Source of the DNA: a bacterium
GTDB taxonomy: Bacteria > Elusimicrobiota > Elusimicrobia > UBA1565 > UBA9628
NCBI GenBank assembly: GCA_021782205.1
Contig: JAJXVH010000010.1
Location: forward strand, 75 to 64,074
Direction: 5' to 3'
DNA: 64,000 nt
A program made the position numbers and the translations under genes. Below are positions 54,837 to 63,536 of the stretch, piece after piece. Position 1 is the first letter of the stretch, and every line of letters starts with the position of its first letter. The notes under the pieces are model-generated. The model was given only the letters and a program-made list of their open reading frames with translations, made no database searches and was not told the origin of the DNA.

Positions 54837-55361
54837 ATGCTCCGAACATTCGCCTCCGCCGCCCCCAAGCTCCACGCCTCGGCCTTCGTCCACGACTCCG
54901 CCGAACTCATCGGCAAGGTCTTTCTGGAGCGCGAGGCGTCCGTCTGGCCCGGCTGCGTCCTGCGCGGCGACATCGACCGCATCGTCGTCGGCGCGCGCGC
55001 CAACGTCCAGGACCTCACCGTCATCCACACGCGCGACGGCCACCCCACGATCATCGGCCCCGGCGTCACCGTCGGCCACCGCGTCATCCTGCACGGCTGC
55101 AGCATCGGCGCGCGGGCGCTGATCGGGATGGGCGCCATCATCATGGAGGCGGAGATCGGCGCGCGCTGCCTGATCGGCGCGGGCGCTTTGATCCCGGCCG
55201 GCATGAAGATTCCTCCGGGCGTGCTGGTGCTGGGCGCGCCGGGAAAAGTCGTGCGCAAGCTGCGCGCCGACGAGCTGCGCATGCTGGCCGAAAGCGAGCG
55301 CGACTACGTGGCGCGCGCCAAGGCGCACGCGGCGCAGTCCCGGCCGGTGTTCGGACGCTGA
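54837..55361 (+). CDS. gamma-class carbonic anhydrase family (hexapeptide-repeat, YrdA/PaaY-like) protein
   Basis: 174 aa left-handed beta-helix: SVWPGCVLRGD...VGARANVQDLTVIH...GHRVILHGCSIG. Confidence 0.85.
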   Translation: MLRTFASAAPKLHASAFVHDSAELIGKVFLEREASVWPGCVLRGDIDRIVVGARANVQDLTVIHTRDGHPTIIGPGVTVGHRVILHGCSIGARALIGMGAIIMEAEIGARCLIGAGALIPAGMKIPPGVLVLGAPGKVVRKLRADELRMLAESERDYVARAKAHAAQSRPVFGR

Positions 55362-56134
55362 TGCCGGCTTGGGCGGCGTTCGCGCTGGGCGCGGCGTCGG
55401 GCGCGGGCGCGGCGGCGGTCGCCGCACGGCTTCTGCACCGGCGCTGGAGGGAGCGCCGCGGTCGCCTGCTGGCTTTCGCTCTGCACGAGTTGAACACGCC
55501 CGCGACCGCCGCCACGCTGACCTTGGTCAACCTGGCCGACGGAGTGTTCGGCGACCTGACCGAGCCGCAGGCCAAGTGGACGGGCACCGCGCGCGATCAG
55601 CTTGAGCGCCTGGGCGCGATCGCGGGAGAGGCGCGCGACTTGGTGCACCTGGAACTGCTGGGCGGATTGAAGCTGCACGTGGAGCCGGTCTCGGCCGAGG
55701 AGCTGGTGGACGGCGCGCTGTCCGGCGCGCGCGGCGCCTACGCGCACGCCGACATACCGCTGGAGCACGCGCTGGAACAGGGCCTGCCGGAGGTGCTGAC
55801 CGACGCGGAGCGCGCCGGGCGCGCTCTCTCCGGCCTGCTCTATCACGCGCGCAAGTTCCGCGCCGCCGGTCCCGTGCGTCTGCGCGCGCGGCGCGCCGGC
55901 GACGCGGTGGTCTGCGAGATCGACTATGAGTCCGTCGCCACGACCCCGGCCGAGGCCGAGGCCAGCCTGGACCTGTTCTATCCAGCGCGCGCGCGCAAGG
56001 ACCACGTGCTGCCCGCGTCCGGCCTGGGTTTGGGCCTGAGCCGCGCCGTCATGCGCCTGGCCGGCGGCGACGTGGACTGCGCGGTCGAGGGCGGCCGCGC
56101 GCGGCTGGCGCTGATCCTGCCGGCGCGGCCGTGA
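55361..56134 (+). CDS. membrane-anchored histidine kinase-like protein with a degenerate ATPase domain
   Basis: 257 aa with one TM helix and H-box FALHELNTP. The G2-like box SGLGLGLS is present, but the N-box Asn is replaced (LLYHARKF) and I see no DxGxG. Overlaps the gamma-CA gene by 1 nt (TGATG). Confidence 0.6.
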   Translation: MPAWAAFALGAASGAGAAAVAARLLHRRWRERRGRLLAFALHELNTPATAATLTLVNLADGVFGDLTEPQAKWTGTARDQLERLGAIAGEARDLVHLELLGGLKLHVEPVSAEELVDGALSGARGAYAHADIPLEHALEQGLPEVLTDAERAGRALSGLLYHARKFRAAGPVRLRARRAGDAVVCEIDYESVATTPAEAEASLDLFYPARARKDHVLPASGLGLGLSRAVMRLAGGDVDCAVEGGRARLALILPARP

Positions 56135-56167
56135 CGCGCAATCGGAGGAACTGCTAATCTCATGACC

Positions 56168-57598
56168 ATGATCCGACCGCTCGCGGCCGCCGTCTTCGCC
56201 CTGGCGCTGAGCCGTCCCGCTTCCGCCTTGGAGGCCGCCGCCGCGAAAGTGGACATCACGCCGGACCTCAAGACCGAGAAAATATGGCTGGGGGGCTTCG
56301 GCGCCGTCGGGCGCAGGCCCGAGGGCGTGCACGACCCGCTGTACGCGCGCCTGCTGGTCCTGCGCGAGGGGTCGCAAGAGGTCGCGGTGGTGGCCGTCGA
56401 TCTGTTGGGCTTCTACCGCAACGACGTGCAGGACCTGCGCCGGCTGTCCGGCTTCGACCGCCCCGACCGCGCGCTCTTTTTGGCGTCCACGCACACGCAT
56501 TCCGGCCCGGACACCCTGGGGCTGTGGGGGCCGTTCATCGGCGTGTCCGGCGTCAACCGCGCCTATCACGCGCGTCTGAAAGCAAAGATCGCCGACGCGC
56601 TGAAGCTTCTGGAAGGCCAACTGCGGCCGGTTGCCGCGCGCGGCGGCCACGGCCTGCTGGACCCGCGCGGGCTTTGCCGCGACTCGCGCGACCCGCAGAT
56701 CATCGATCCGAACCTGGGCGTCCTGCGCCTGGTCGGCCGCGACGGCAAGGCGGTGGCCACGGTGGTCAACTGGTCCTGCCACGCCGAAGTCATCGGTCGC
56801 CACAACATGCTGGTGACGGCGGATTTTCCCGGGCCGCTGTGCGCGCGCGTGGAGGAGAAGACCGGGGGCGCGTGCGTGTTCTTGAACGGCATGATCGGGG
56901 GGCTGATGACGCCGGACTCGCGCGCGGAGAACTTCTACGAGTCCGACCGCATCGGCCAAGCGGTCGCCGACGCGGCGCTGGCCTTGAAGACCTCGGCCGC
57001 GCCCGCGCGCGCGCTGGCCCTGCGCTCCGAGAAAATACTCGTGCCCATCGAAAACTCGCGCTACCGCCTGCTCCTGCCCGCGCTGACCTTCGGCCATCAT
57101 CTCTACGACGCTCAGGACCGCGAGCTGCCGAATTGGAAGGCCTGGACCTTGGCCCTGCGCGAGGCCGTGCTGGGCTTGGACCAGGACACCGAGCCGTGGG
57201 TGGAAAGCGAGGTCTCTTTGCTGGACGTCGGCCCCGCGCGCCTGCTGGGCGTGCCCGGTGAGGCGTTTCCGGAATTGGCCATCGGCGGCTACGACGGCCG
57301 CTACTCATTCGGCCGGCCCGTGATCACGCCGGGCAACCCGAATCCTCCCGATCTGTCGAAAGCGCCGAAGGCGCCGTATTGGCGCGACCTGGTCAAGGCC
57401 CCGGCGCCCATGCTGGTGGGCCTGACCGACGACGAACTCGGTTATTTCGTGCCCGTGTATGATTTCAAGGCCAGCCCGCACAAGATCATGCTCCCGCGCC
57501 TGCCCGGCAACCACTACGAGGAGACCAATTCCATCGGGCCCTCCGCGGCGGGGATCGTGAACGCCGCGGTCGCGCGTCTGGTCGAGGAGAAAAAATGA
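56168..57598 (+). CDS. neutral/alkaline non-lysosomal ceramidase N-terminal domain family protein (secreted)
   Basis: Signal peptide MIRPLAAAVFALALSRPASA. Motifs KVDITP...GVHDPLYARLLVL...VAVVAVDLLGF...ASTHTHSGPD. Start set to ATG 56168 (TGcTAATCT 7 nt upstream); the track start is 56162. Confidence 0.75.
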   Translation: MIRPLAAAVFALALSRPASALEAAAAKVDITPDLKTEKIWLGGFGAVGRRPEGVHDPLYARLLVLREGSQEVAVVAVDLLGFYRNDVQDLRRLSGFDRPDRALFLASTHTHSGPDTLGLWGPFIGVSGVNRAYHARLKAKIADALKLLEGQLRPVAARGGHGLLDPRGLCRDSRDPQIIDPNLGVLRLVGRDGKAVATVVNWSCHAEVIGRHNMLVTADFPGPLCARVEEKTGGACVFLNGMIGGLMTPDSRAENFYESDRIGQAVADAALALKTSAAPARALALRSEKILVPIENSRYRLLLPALTFGHHLYDAQDRELPNWKAWTLALREAVLGLDQDTEPWVESEVSLLDVGPARLLGVPGEAFPELAIGGYDGRYSFGRPVITPGNPNPPDLSKAPKAPYWRDLVKAPAPMLVGLTDDELGYFVPVYDFKASPHKIMLPRLPGNHYEETNSIGPSAAGIVNAAVARLVEEKK

Positions 57599-58686
57599 CC
57601 CGCAAGCTCAACTTCAACGCCGGTCCCGCCGGGTTGCCCCTGCCCGTCTTGGAGGAGGCGCGCGACCAGTTCGTGGATTTCCGGGGTACCGGCATGTCCC
57701 TGGTGGAGCACAGCCACCGCGGCAAGGCCTATGACGCGGTGCATCAGGAGGCGCTGGCCCTATTCGCGGAACTGCTGAACCTGCCGAAGACGCACGGCGC
57801 GCTGCTCCTTCAAGGCGGCGCCAGCCTGCAGTTCGCCATGCTCCCGCTCAATTTCCTGCCCGCGGGAAAATCCGCGGACTACATCGTCACCGGGCATTGG
57901 GCGAAGCTGGCCTTTTCCGAGGCCGGCAAACTGGGGGCCGTGCGCAAGGCCGCCGACTGCGCCAACGCCGACAAGACCTACACGCGCCTGCCCAAGCCCG
58001 AGGAAATCTCCCTCGATGCCAACGCCGCCTACGTCCACATGACCAGCAACAACACCATCTTCGGCACCGAGTGGAGCTCCCTGCCCGACGTCAAAGGCGC
58101 GCGCCTGGTCGCCGACATGAGCTCCGACATTTTGTCGCGCCCGATCGACGCCGCCAAATTCTCCCTGATCTACGCCGGCGCGCAGAAGAACCTGGGACCC
58201 GCGGGCCTGACCGCCGTGATCGTCGACCGCGACTGGCTCAAGGACGCTCGCGCCGACGTCCCCGACATCCTGCGCTATCAGAAGCACCTGGACGCCCAGT
58301 CCCTCTACCACACCCCGCCCGTGTTCGCCATCTACCTGTTCGGCCTGAACCTGAAGTGGATCAAGGCGCAGGGCGGTGCGGCCGGCATGGAGGCGCGCAA
58401 CCGGGCGAAGGCCGACGCGCTCTACGGCGCGCTCGACCGGCTCTCCGGCTTCTACCAAGCGCCCGTGGAGAAATCCGCGCGCTCCTGGATGAACGTGGTC
58501 TTCCGCACGCCCACGCCGGAGCTCGACGACGCCTTCGCCGCCGAGGCCGCGAAAGCCGGCATGGAAGGCCTCAAGGGCCACCGCTCCGCCGGCGGCCTGC
58601 GCGCCTCGCTCTACAACGCGGTCTCGCCCGACGACGTGAAGGCGCTGGTGTCCTTCCTGGACGACTTCGCAAAGCGCAAAGGCTGA
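57595..58686 (+). CDS. serC: phosphoserine aminotransferase
   Basis: 363 aa with NFNAGPAGLP and YAGAQKNLGPAGLT (PLP lysine). ATGA overlap with the ceramidase homolog. Confidence 0.9.
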   Translation: MTRKLNFNAGPAGLPLPVLEEARDQFVDFRGTGMSLVEHSHRGKAYDAVHQEALALFAELLNLPKTHGALLLQGGASLQFAMLPLNFLPAGKSADYIVTGHWAKLAFSEAGKLGAVRKAADCANADKTYTRLPKPEEISLDANAAYVHMTSNNTIFGTEWSSLPDVKGARLVADMSSDILSRPIDAAKFSLIYAGAQKNLGPAGLTAVIVDRDWLKDARADVPDILRYQKHLDAQSLYHTPPVFAIYLFGLNLKWIKAQGGAAGMEARNRAKADALYGALDRLSGFYQAPVEKSARSWMNVVFRTPTPELDDAFAAEAAKAGMEGLKGHRSAGGLRASLYNAVSPDDVKALVSFLDDFAKRKG

Positions 58687-58713
58687 CTCACTTCCATTCT
58701 CGCCAAACTGGCC

Positions 58714-59328
58714 ATGACCAACGGTCCATTTTATCTCTCGGCTTCTGAGGAGATGGAATCAGTGGAATTTCGATACATGTCTTGCGTAACACGAACGGGA
58801 ATCGCTGACGCGGCTTCTTTGCGGCGGTTAGCGATTGCGCCGTTGTTGATTCTCTCGTTGCTGGCTTCCTCAGGTCATGCCGCGTCGCTGGAATATTTAG
58901 GAGCGGCGGATTTCCAGGTGAACGGCGTCGTCTTGGAGGAGCCGATGTCGGTCGCTCTTAAAGCGCTTGGTCCGGCAAAATCCTCCGCGACGGCTTCCGG
59001 ATTTCACGTTTATGACTTCGGGCGCATGACGATTTGGGCCGCGAGTGATGCCAGCCCCGTGACGGCATTCCAGATTCTCTCTCCGGGCATAAAGACGCAT
59101 CGCGGTCTTCAGATTGGAGACAGCGTCCACACGCTTGAACTTCTATACGGACACGGGGAATCGGAAAAAGTGCTGGTCCGCGCGGAGGATGACGTGGATG
59201 CCAATTTTACGGACTATTCCGAGGTCCGATTCTATGAATACTACGAAAAGAGCTGGTACACGGTGTTTTACTTGAAGGGGCAAAAGGTTGTCCGCATATA
59301 TTTTTATGTGGGTTCGGACGATATCTAG
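58714..59328 (+). CDS. hypothetical secreted protein (start uncertain: 58714, 58753 or 58777)
   Basis: Signal-like RRLAIAPLLILSLLASSGHAAS. No family recognised. Noticeably A/T-richer codons than its neighbours. Confidence 0.5.
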   Translation: MTNGPFYLSASEEMESVEFRYMSCVTRTGIADAASLRRLAIAPLLILSLLASSGHAASLEYLGAADFQVNGVVLEEPMSVALKALGPAKSSATASGFHVYDFGRMTIWAASDASPVTAFQILSPGIKTHRGLQIGDSVHTLELLYGHGESEKVLVRAEDDVDANFTDYSEVRFYEYYEKSWYTVFYLKGQKVVRIYFYVGSDDI

Positions 59329-59410
59329 TTCCGATTCTTCGCGCCACGAATTGCTTCGGATCCGTCGGCGCGGCCATTTCAGCTGGTGCCCGAAACCAGG
59401 CGACCACGCT

Positions 59411-61438
59411 TCAGACGCCGAGGATGCTTAAAAGCCTCACCGCCGCGAAGGACAGCGCGTAGGCGATGACGAAGAAGGACGCGAACTGGATGGCCGGCCA
59501 CTTCCAGCCGCCGGTCTCGCGGCGCACGACGGCGATGGTCGAGACGCACTGCAGGGCGATCGCGAAAAAAATCAGCAGGCCGACCGCGGTGGGGATGCCG
59601 TAGCGCGGAGAGCCGTCGGGCTTCTTGGCGTCGCGCAGGGCGGCGATGAGGCCGGAGGAATTTCCTTCCTCGCGGCCCATCGCGTAGAGGGTGCCAAGCG
59701 TTCCGACGAACACCTCGCGCGCGGCCAACGAGGCCATCACCGCCACGGACACGCGCCAGTCCCAGCCCAGCGGCCGGAACGCGGGCTCCACGCCGCGGCC
59801 GAGGCGGCCCAGCAGGCTGCCGGAGATGCGCGCCGAGGCGATCTGCCGGCTCAACTGCTCGAGGCGCGCGTCGCGCTCGGGCGCGGCGGCGGACGTCAGG
59901 ATGGACGCGCGCTGCTCCTCCAGTGGGCGCAGGACTTTTTCGTCGCGCGGGAAGGCGGCCATCGCCCACAGAAGCAGGCTCACCGCGAAAATGACCTTGC
60001 CGGCGCGCTCCAGGAAGTGACGGCAGCGGACCCAGATATAGTGGGCCAACTCACGTGGCCGGGGCAACCGGTAGGGAGGGAGAACGACGACGGGCGACGG
60101 GTGCGCCTCATAGAGCCGCGTCCATTTGAGCGCCAGGGCCAGCACGAGCGCCATGACCACGCCGAAGACGTACATCGCGGCCATGACCACGCCGCGGCCG
60201 TCGAAGCCGCCGGGACGGAAGTTCGCGGGCACGAAGGCGGTGATGATCAACGCGTAGACCGGCAGGCGCGCGGAGCAGGTCATCAGCGGGGCCAGCAGGG
60301 TCGCGACCAGCCGACGTTTTTCATTGGGGATCGTGCGCGCGGCCATCACGCCGGGGATAGCGCAGGCGAAGCTGGACAAAAACGGGATGAAGACGCGCCC
60401 GTCCAGGCCAAAAGGCCTGAGCGCGCGGTCGATCATCGCTCCCGCGCGCGGCAGGTAGCCGGTCTGCTCCAGCGCCCCGATCAACGCGAACAGGATCGCG
60501 ATCTGCGGCACGAACACGATCACGGCCGACACGCCGGGGATGGCGCCGTCGCAGAGGAGGCTCGGCAGCGGACCCGCGGGCAGACGCGCGCGCAGGAGCC
60601 CGGACGCCGCCGCCAGCGCGCGGGCCAGCAGGTCCATGAGCGGCTGGGCCCCGCTGAACAGCGCCTGAAAGAGCAGGAACATGGCTGTCGCGAAAATCAA
60701 CGGCCCCGCGACCGGGTGCAGGACCACGCGGTCGATGCGGATGGAGCGCGAGAGCGTGGGCAGGAGCGCGTTTGCGGGAAGATCCACGGCCGCCGCGCAG
60801 GCGCGTTGCGCGGCGGCAACGGCGTCGTCTTGGAGCTCGCGCAGACGCGTCTTGGTCGCGCGGCGAAAATCGAGCGCGCGGGTCAGGTCGGCGGGACTTC
60901 CCGCGGGCTCAAGAAGTGCCGCGACCGCGTCCAGGCCGACGCCTTCGCGCGCCGCCGCCGTCGCCACGGGCATGTCCAGCGCCTGGGACAGGGCCTCGGC
61001 GTCCACGTGGATGCCGTTGAGCTCGGCCTCGTCGATCATGTTGACGACCAGCGCTGTCCGGTAGCCTGCCGCCTTCACGCCGACGGCGAGCGCCAGGTCG
61101 TTGGACAGGTTGCTGGCCTCGGCCACGCACAGCACCAGCAGGTCGGCGCGCTGCGCGGCGCACTCGGACAGGAAGCGGAAGGCGACGCGCTCGTCTTCGG
61201 TGTCCGGCAGGAGCGCGTGCGTGCCGGGCAGGTCCACGATCTCGATCATCCTCCCGTCGACCAGCCGTTCGCCGACGGCTTTCTCCACGGTGCAGCCCGC
61301 GAAGTTGGCCACGCGCTGGCGCAGGCCGGTCAACGCGTTGAACAAAGTCGTCTTGCCGGTGTTCGGCCGTCCCGCCAGGGCGACGACGCGGCGCGCGACG
61401 GCCTCGGACGGGGGAACGGCGCGCGCGGCGGGCGTCAT
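59411..61438 (-). CDS. feoB: ferrous iron transporter B
   Basis: Start moved to MTPAARAV (ATG 61438, ATGA overlap with feoA). G-domain GRPNTGKTTLFNALTG, DLPG and the polytopic gate domains. The 111-aa upstream extension in the track is junk. Confidence 0.9.
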   Translation of the reverse strand: MTPAARAVPPSEAVARRVVALAGRPNTGKTTLFNALTGLRQRVANFAGCTVEKAVGERLVDGRMIEIVDLPGTHALLPDTEDERVAFRFLSECAAQRADLLVLCVAEASNLSNDLALAVGVKAAGYRTALVVNMIDEAELNGIHVDAEALSQALDMPVATAAAREGVGLDAVAALLEPAGSPADLTRALDFRRATKTRLRELQDDAVAAAQRACAAAVDLPANALLPTLSRSIRIDRVVLHPVAGPLIFATAMFLLFQALFSGAQPLMDLLARALAAASGLLRARLPAGPLPSLLCDGAIPGVSAVIVFVPQIAILFALIGALEQTGYLPRAGAMIDRALRPFGLDGRVFIPFLSSFACAIPGVMAARTIPNEKRRLVATLLAPLMTCSARLPVYALIITAFVPANFRPGGFDGRGVVMAAMYVFGVVMALVLALALKWTRLYEAHPSPVVVLPPYRLPRPRELAHYIWVRCRHFLERAGKVIFAVSLLLWAMAAFPRDEKVLRPLEEQRASILTSAAAPERDARLEQLSRQIASARISGSLLGRLGRGVEPAFRPLGWDWRVSVAVMASLAAREVFVGTLGTLYAMGREEGNSSGLIAALRDAKKPDGSPRYGIPTAVGLLIFFAIALQCVSTIAVVRRETGGWKWPAIQFASFFVIAYALSFAAVRLLSILGV

Positions 61439-61671
61439 GGGCGGGCGGGCTCCACGCGGATGCGCGAGAGCAGCCGCCGGTCCAGCGCGAGCAGCTGGGA
61501 GCCCACCAGGCACTCCACGGGGTCGCGCAGAGGCGTGAGCATCAGCTTGACGACGGACACTCCCGGCCGCAGTCCCAGTCCGGACAGGCGCGCGCGTTCG
61601 GACTCGCCCACCGCCGGCAGAAAGCCGGCGACGACCAGCGGCGCGTCCAGCGCGGCTTCGTCCAAAGTCAT
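61435..61671 (-). CDS. feoA: ferrous iron transport protein A
   Basis: 78 aa FeoA SH3-like: RLSGLGLRPGVSVVKL...PVECLVGSQLLALDRRLLSRIRV. Confidence 0.8.
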   Translation of the reverse strand: MTLDEAALDAPLVVAGFLPAVGESERARLSGLGLRPGVSVVKLMLTPLRDPVECLVGSQLLALDRRLLSRIRVEPARP

Positions 61672-61754
61672 GGAGTATTATAACCTTGTTGAGATTTAAT
61701 ATCAATAATAGCCGCCGCGGCCCCGCGGCGCGGCGTTTTGGTATCATCACGCGC

Positions 61755-62831
61755 ATGAGCCGCGACCCCATCGCCCGACTGGAAGCCGCCCGCGAAGCCC
61801 TGGACGCCGGCCGTCCGGACCGCGCCGAGCGCGCGTTGAGCGGAGCCTTTCCGAATGGCTTCGCGGGGGAGGCTCTTTTCCTGCGCGCCGAGGCCCTGCG
61901 CGCGCAGGGTTTTTTCCGCCGCGCGCAGGCGGCCTATCGCGCGGCCCTCAAGAAGTTGGGCGGTGAGGACGACCTTTTGATCGGCGCGCATCTGGGCTTG
62001 GCGCGCGCGGCGCGCAGCTTGGGCGAAACCGCCGACGCCCGGCGCGACATGAAGGCGGCCCGGGCCTTGGCCCGCCGCGGCGACGCGGAACTGACGGAGA
62101 CGCTGACGCTCGAAGACGCGCTGGTGGAACGCGCGGCGGGCGATTATCCGCGCGCGCTGAAAGCGCTGGCGCCGCTGCTCGCGGCCGCGCGGCGGCGGCG
62201 CGACTGGTCCGCCGTGGGCTTCATTCTGTGGGCGACCGGCGGCGCGCGCCGTTTTTCCGGGGACCTGGCGGGCGCGCACGCGGATTTCCGGAGTTCGCTG
62301 GCGGCTTTCCGTCGCGCCCAGGACCGCGAGGGTGAGGTCTACGCGCTGTTCGGCCTGGGCGGCATCGCGCGCGTGCGCGGTTTTTTCACCGAGGCGCGCG
62401 CGGCGTACGCGGACGCGGGACGCCTGCTAGGGCGCGGCCCGGATTTGTTCGGCCGTGCCTACGCGCATTGCGGCCTGGCCAACGTGCTTCGGCAATTGGG
62501 ACACTGGGGACAAGCGGAGAGGCACTACCACCGGTCGTATGAGTTGTACGCGCGCCTGGACGACCGCGTCGATCTGGCCTACGTGGACTGGGGACTGGGC
62601 CAAGTGCATCTCAAGCGCGGCGAATTGGCGGCGGCCGAGCGCCGCTTCGAGGCGGCGCGCGCGGCCTTCGCGGCGGGCGACGAGGCGCGGGGCGAGGCGC
62701 TGTCCTTGCACTCTCTGTCCCAGGTCCTGCACGCGCGCGGCCGTACCGCGCTGGCGGAGAGGACCTTCGACGCGGCCGTGCGCCGCGCGCGCGGCGCGGG
62801 CCTGCACGCGCATCTCGAGATCTACACGTGA
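61755..62831 (+). CDS. tetratricopeptide repeat protein
   Basis: Start moved to MSRDPIARLE (ATG 61755; TGgTATCAT 7 nt upstream). Has repeated A..Y..AL...G/D..G.A helix pairs (CHAT-less NB-TPR-like tandem TPRs). Confidence 0.7.
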   Translation: MSRDPIARLEAAREALDAGRPDRAERALSGAFPNGFAGEALFLRAEALRAQGFFRRAQAAYRAALKKLGGEDDLLIGAHLGLARAARSLGETADARRDMKAARALARRGDAELTETLTLEDALVERAAGDYPRALKALAPLLAAARRRRDWSAVGFILWATGGARRFSGDLAGAHADFRSSLAAFRRAQDREGEVYALFGLGGIARVRGFFTEARAAYADAGRLLGRGPDLFGRAYAHCGLANVLRQLGHWGQAERHYHRSYELYARLDDRVDLAYVDWGLGQVHLKRGELAAAERRFEAARAAFAAGDEARGEALSLHSLSQVLHARGRTALAERTFDAAVRRARGAGLHAHLEIYT

Positions 62832-63283
62832 TCCTGCGCCGGGCGCGGCGCGAGGACGTGCCCGCGATCGTCGCGCTCTTTCAAGAGGATTTTTTTGGCG
62901 CGGAACGCGAGTCGCCGAAAGGCGCGCCCCTGCCGGATTCCTACGCGGCGGCGTTTGACGCCATCGACCGCAATCCGGACGTCGAGCTGATGGTCGCCGA
63001 AGACGCTGGGCGGGTGATCGGCGGCCTTCAGCTCACCGTGCTGACCTACCTCAGTTTTCGCGGCGGCCGCGCGGGCCTGATCGAGAACGTCCATGTCGCC
63101 GCGTCGCACCGTAACCGCGGCGTCGGCCGCGCGCTGATGGAGCGCGCTCTCGCGCGGGCGCGCGAGAAGGGGTGCGCGCGCGTTCAGCTGACCACGAACA
63201 AAGCGCGCGCGGACGCTCGCCGGTTTTACGAGCGCCTGGGCTTCCAGGCGACGCACGAAGGCATGAAGCGGACTCTGCCGTAA
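62828..63283 (+). CDS. GNAT family N-acetyltransferase
   Basis: 151 aa. The acetyl-CoA motif HRNRGVGRALMERAL fits Q/RxxGxG/A. GTGA overlap with the TPR gene. Confidence 0.8.
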   Translation: MILRRARREDVPAIVALFQEDFFGAERESPKGAPLPDSYAAAFDAIDRNPDVELMVAEDAGRVIGGLQLTVLTYLSFRGGRAGLIENVHVAASHRNRGVGRALMERALARAREKGCARVQLTTNKARADARRFYERLGFQATHEGMKRTLP

Positions 63284-63317
63284 CAAGTCGGCAACGCGGC
63301 TTTCGTAGTCTGCCCCC

Positions 63318-63536
63318 ATGGGACAGAAAATCTGGGACGTGCTCACTTCGTGCGAAGGCGGCTGGGCGGCGATCGCCCGCGACGGCAAAGTGATCGCGCG
63401 GGCGGGCTCGCTGGAAGAGGCCGAGCGTCTGGCCGCCGCGGACCGGCACCGCGTCACGTTCGTCTATTCCGCCCGCGCCGAGGCCGAGCGGCCGACGGAG
63501 GCCGAGGTCTCCAAGCGCCGGCGCTTCGGCTCTTAG
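63318..63536 (+). CDS. small hypothetical protein
   Basis: 72 aa with G/C-rich third positions. TAGTCT sits 6 nt upstream of the ATG. No family recognised. Confidence 0.45.
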   Translation: MGQKIWDVLTSCEGGWAAIARDGKVIARAGSLEEAERLAAADRHRVTFVYSARAEAERPTEAEVSKRRRFGS

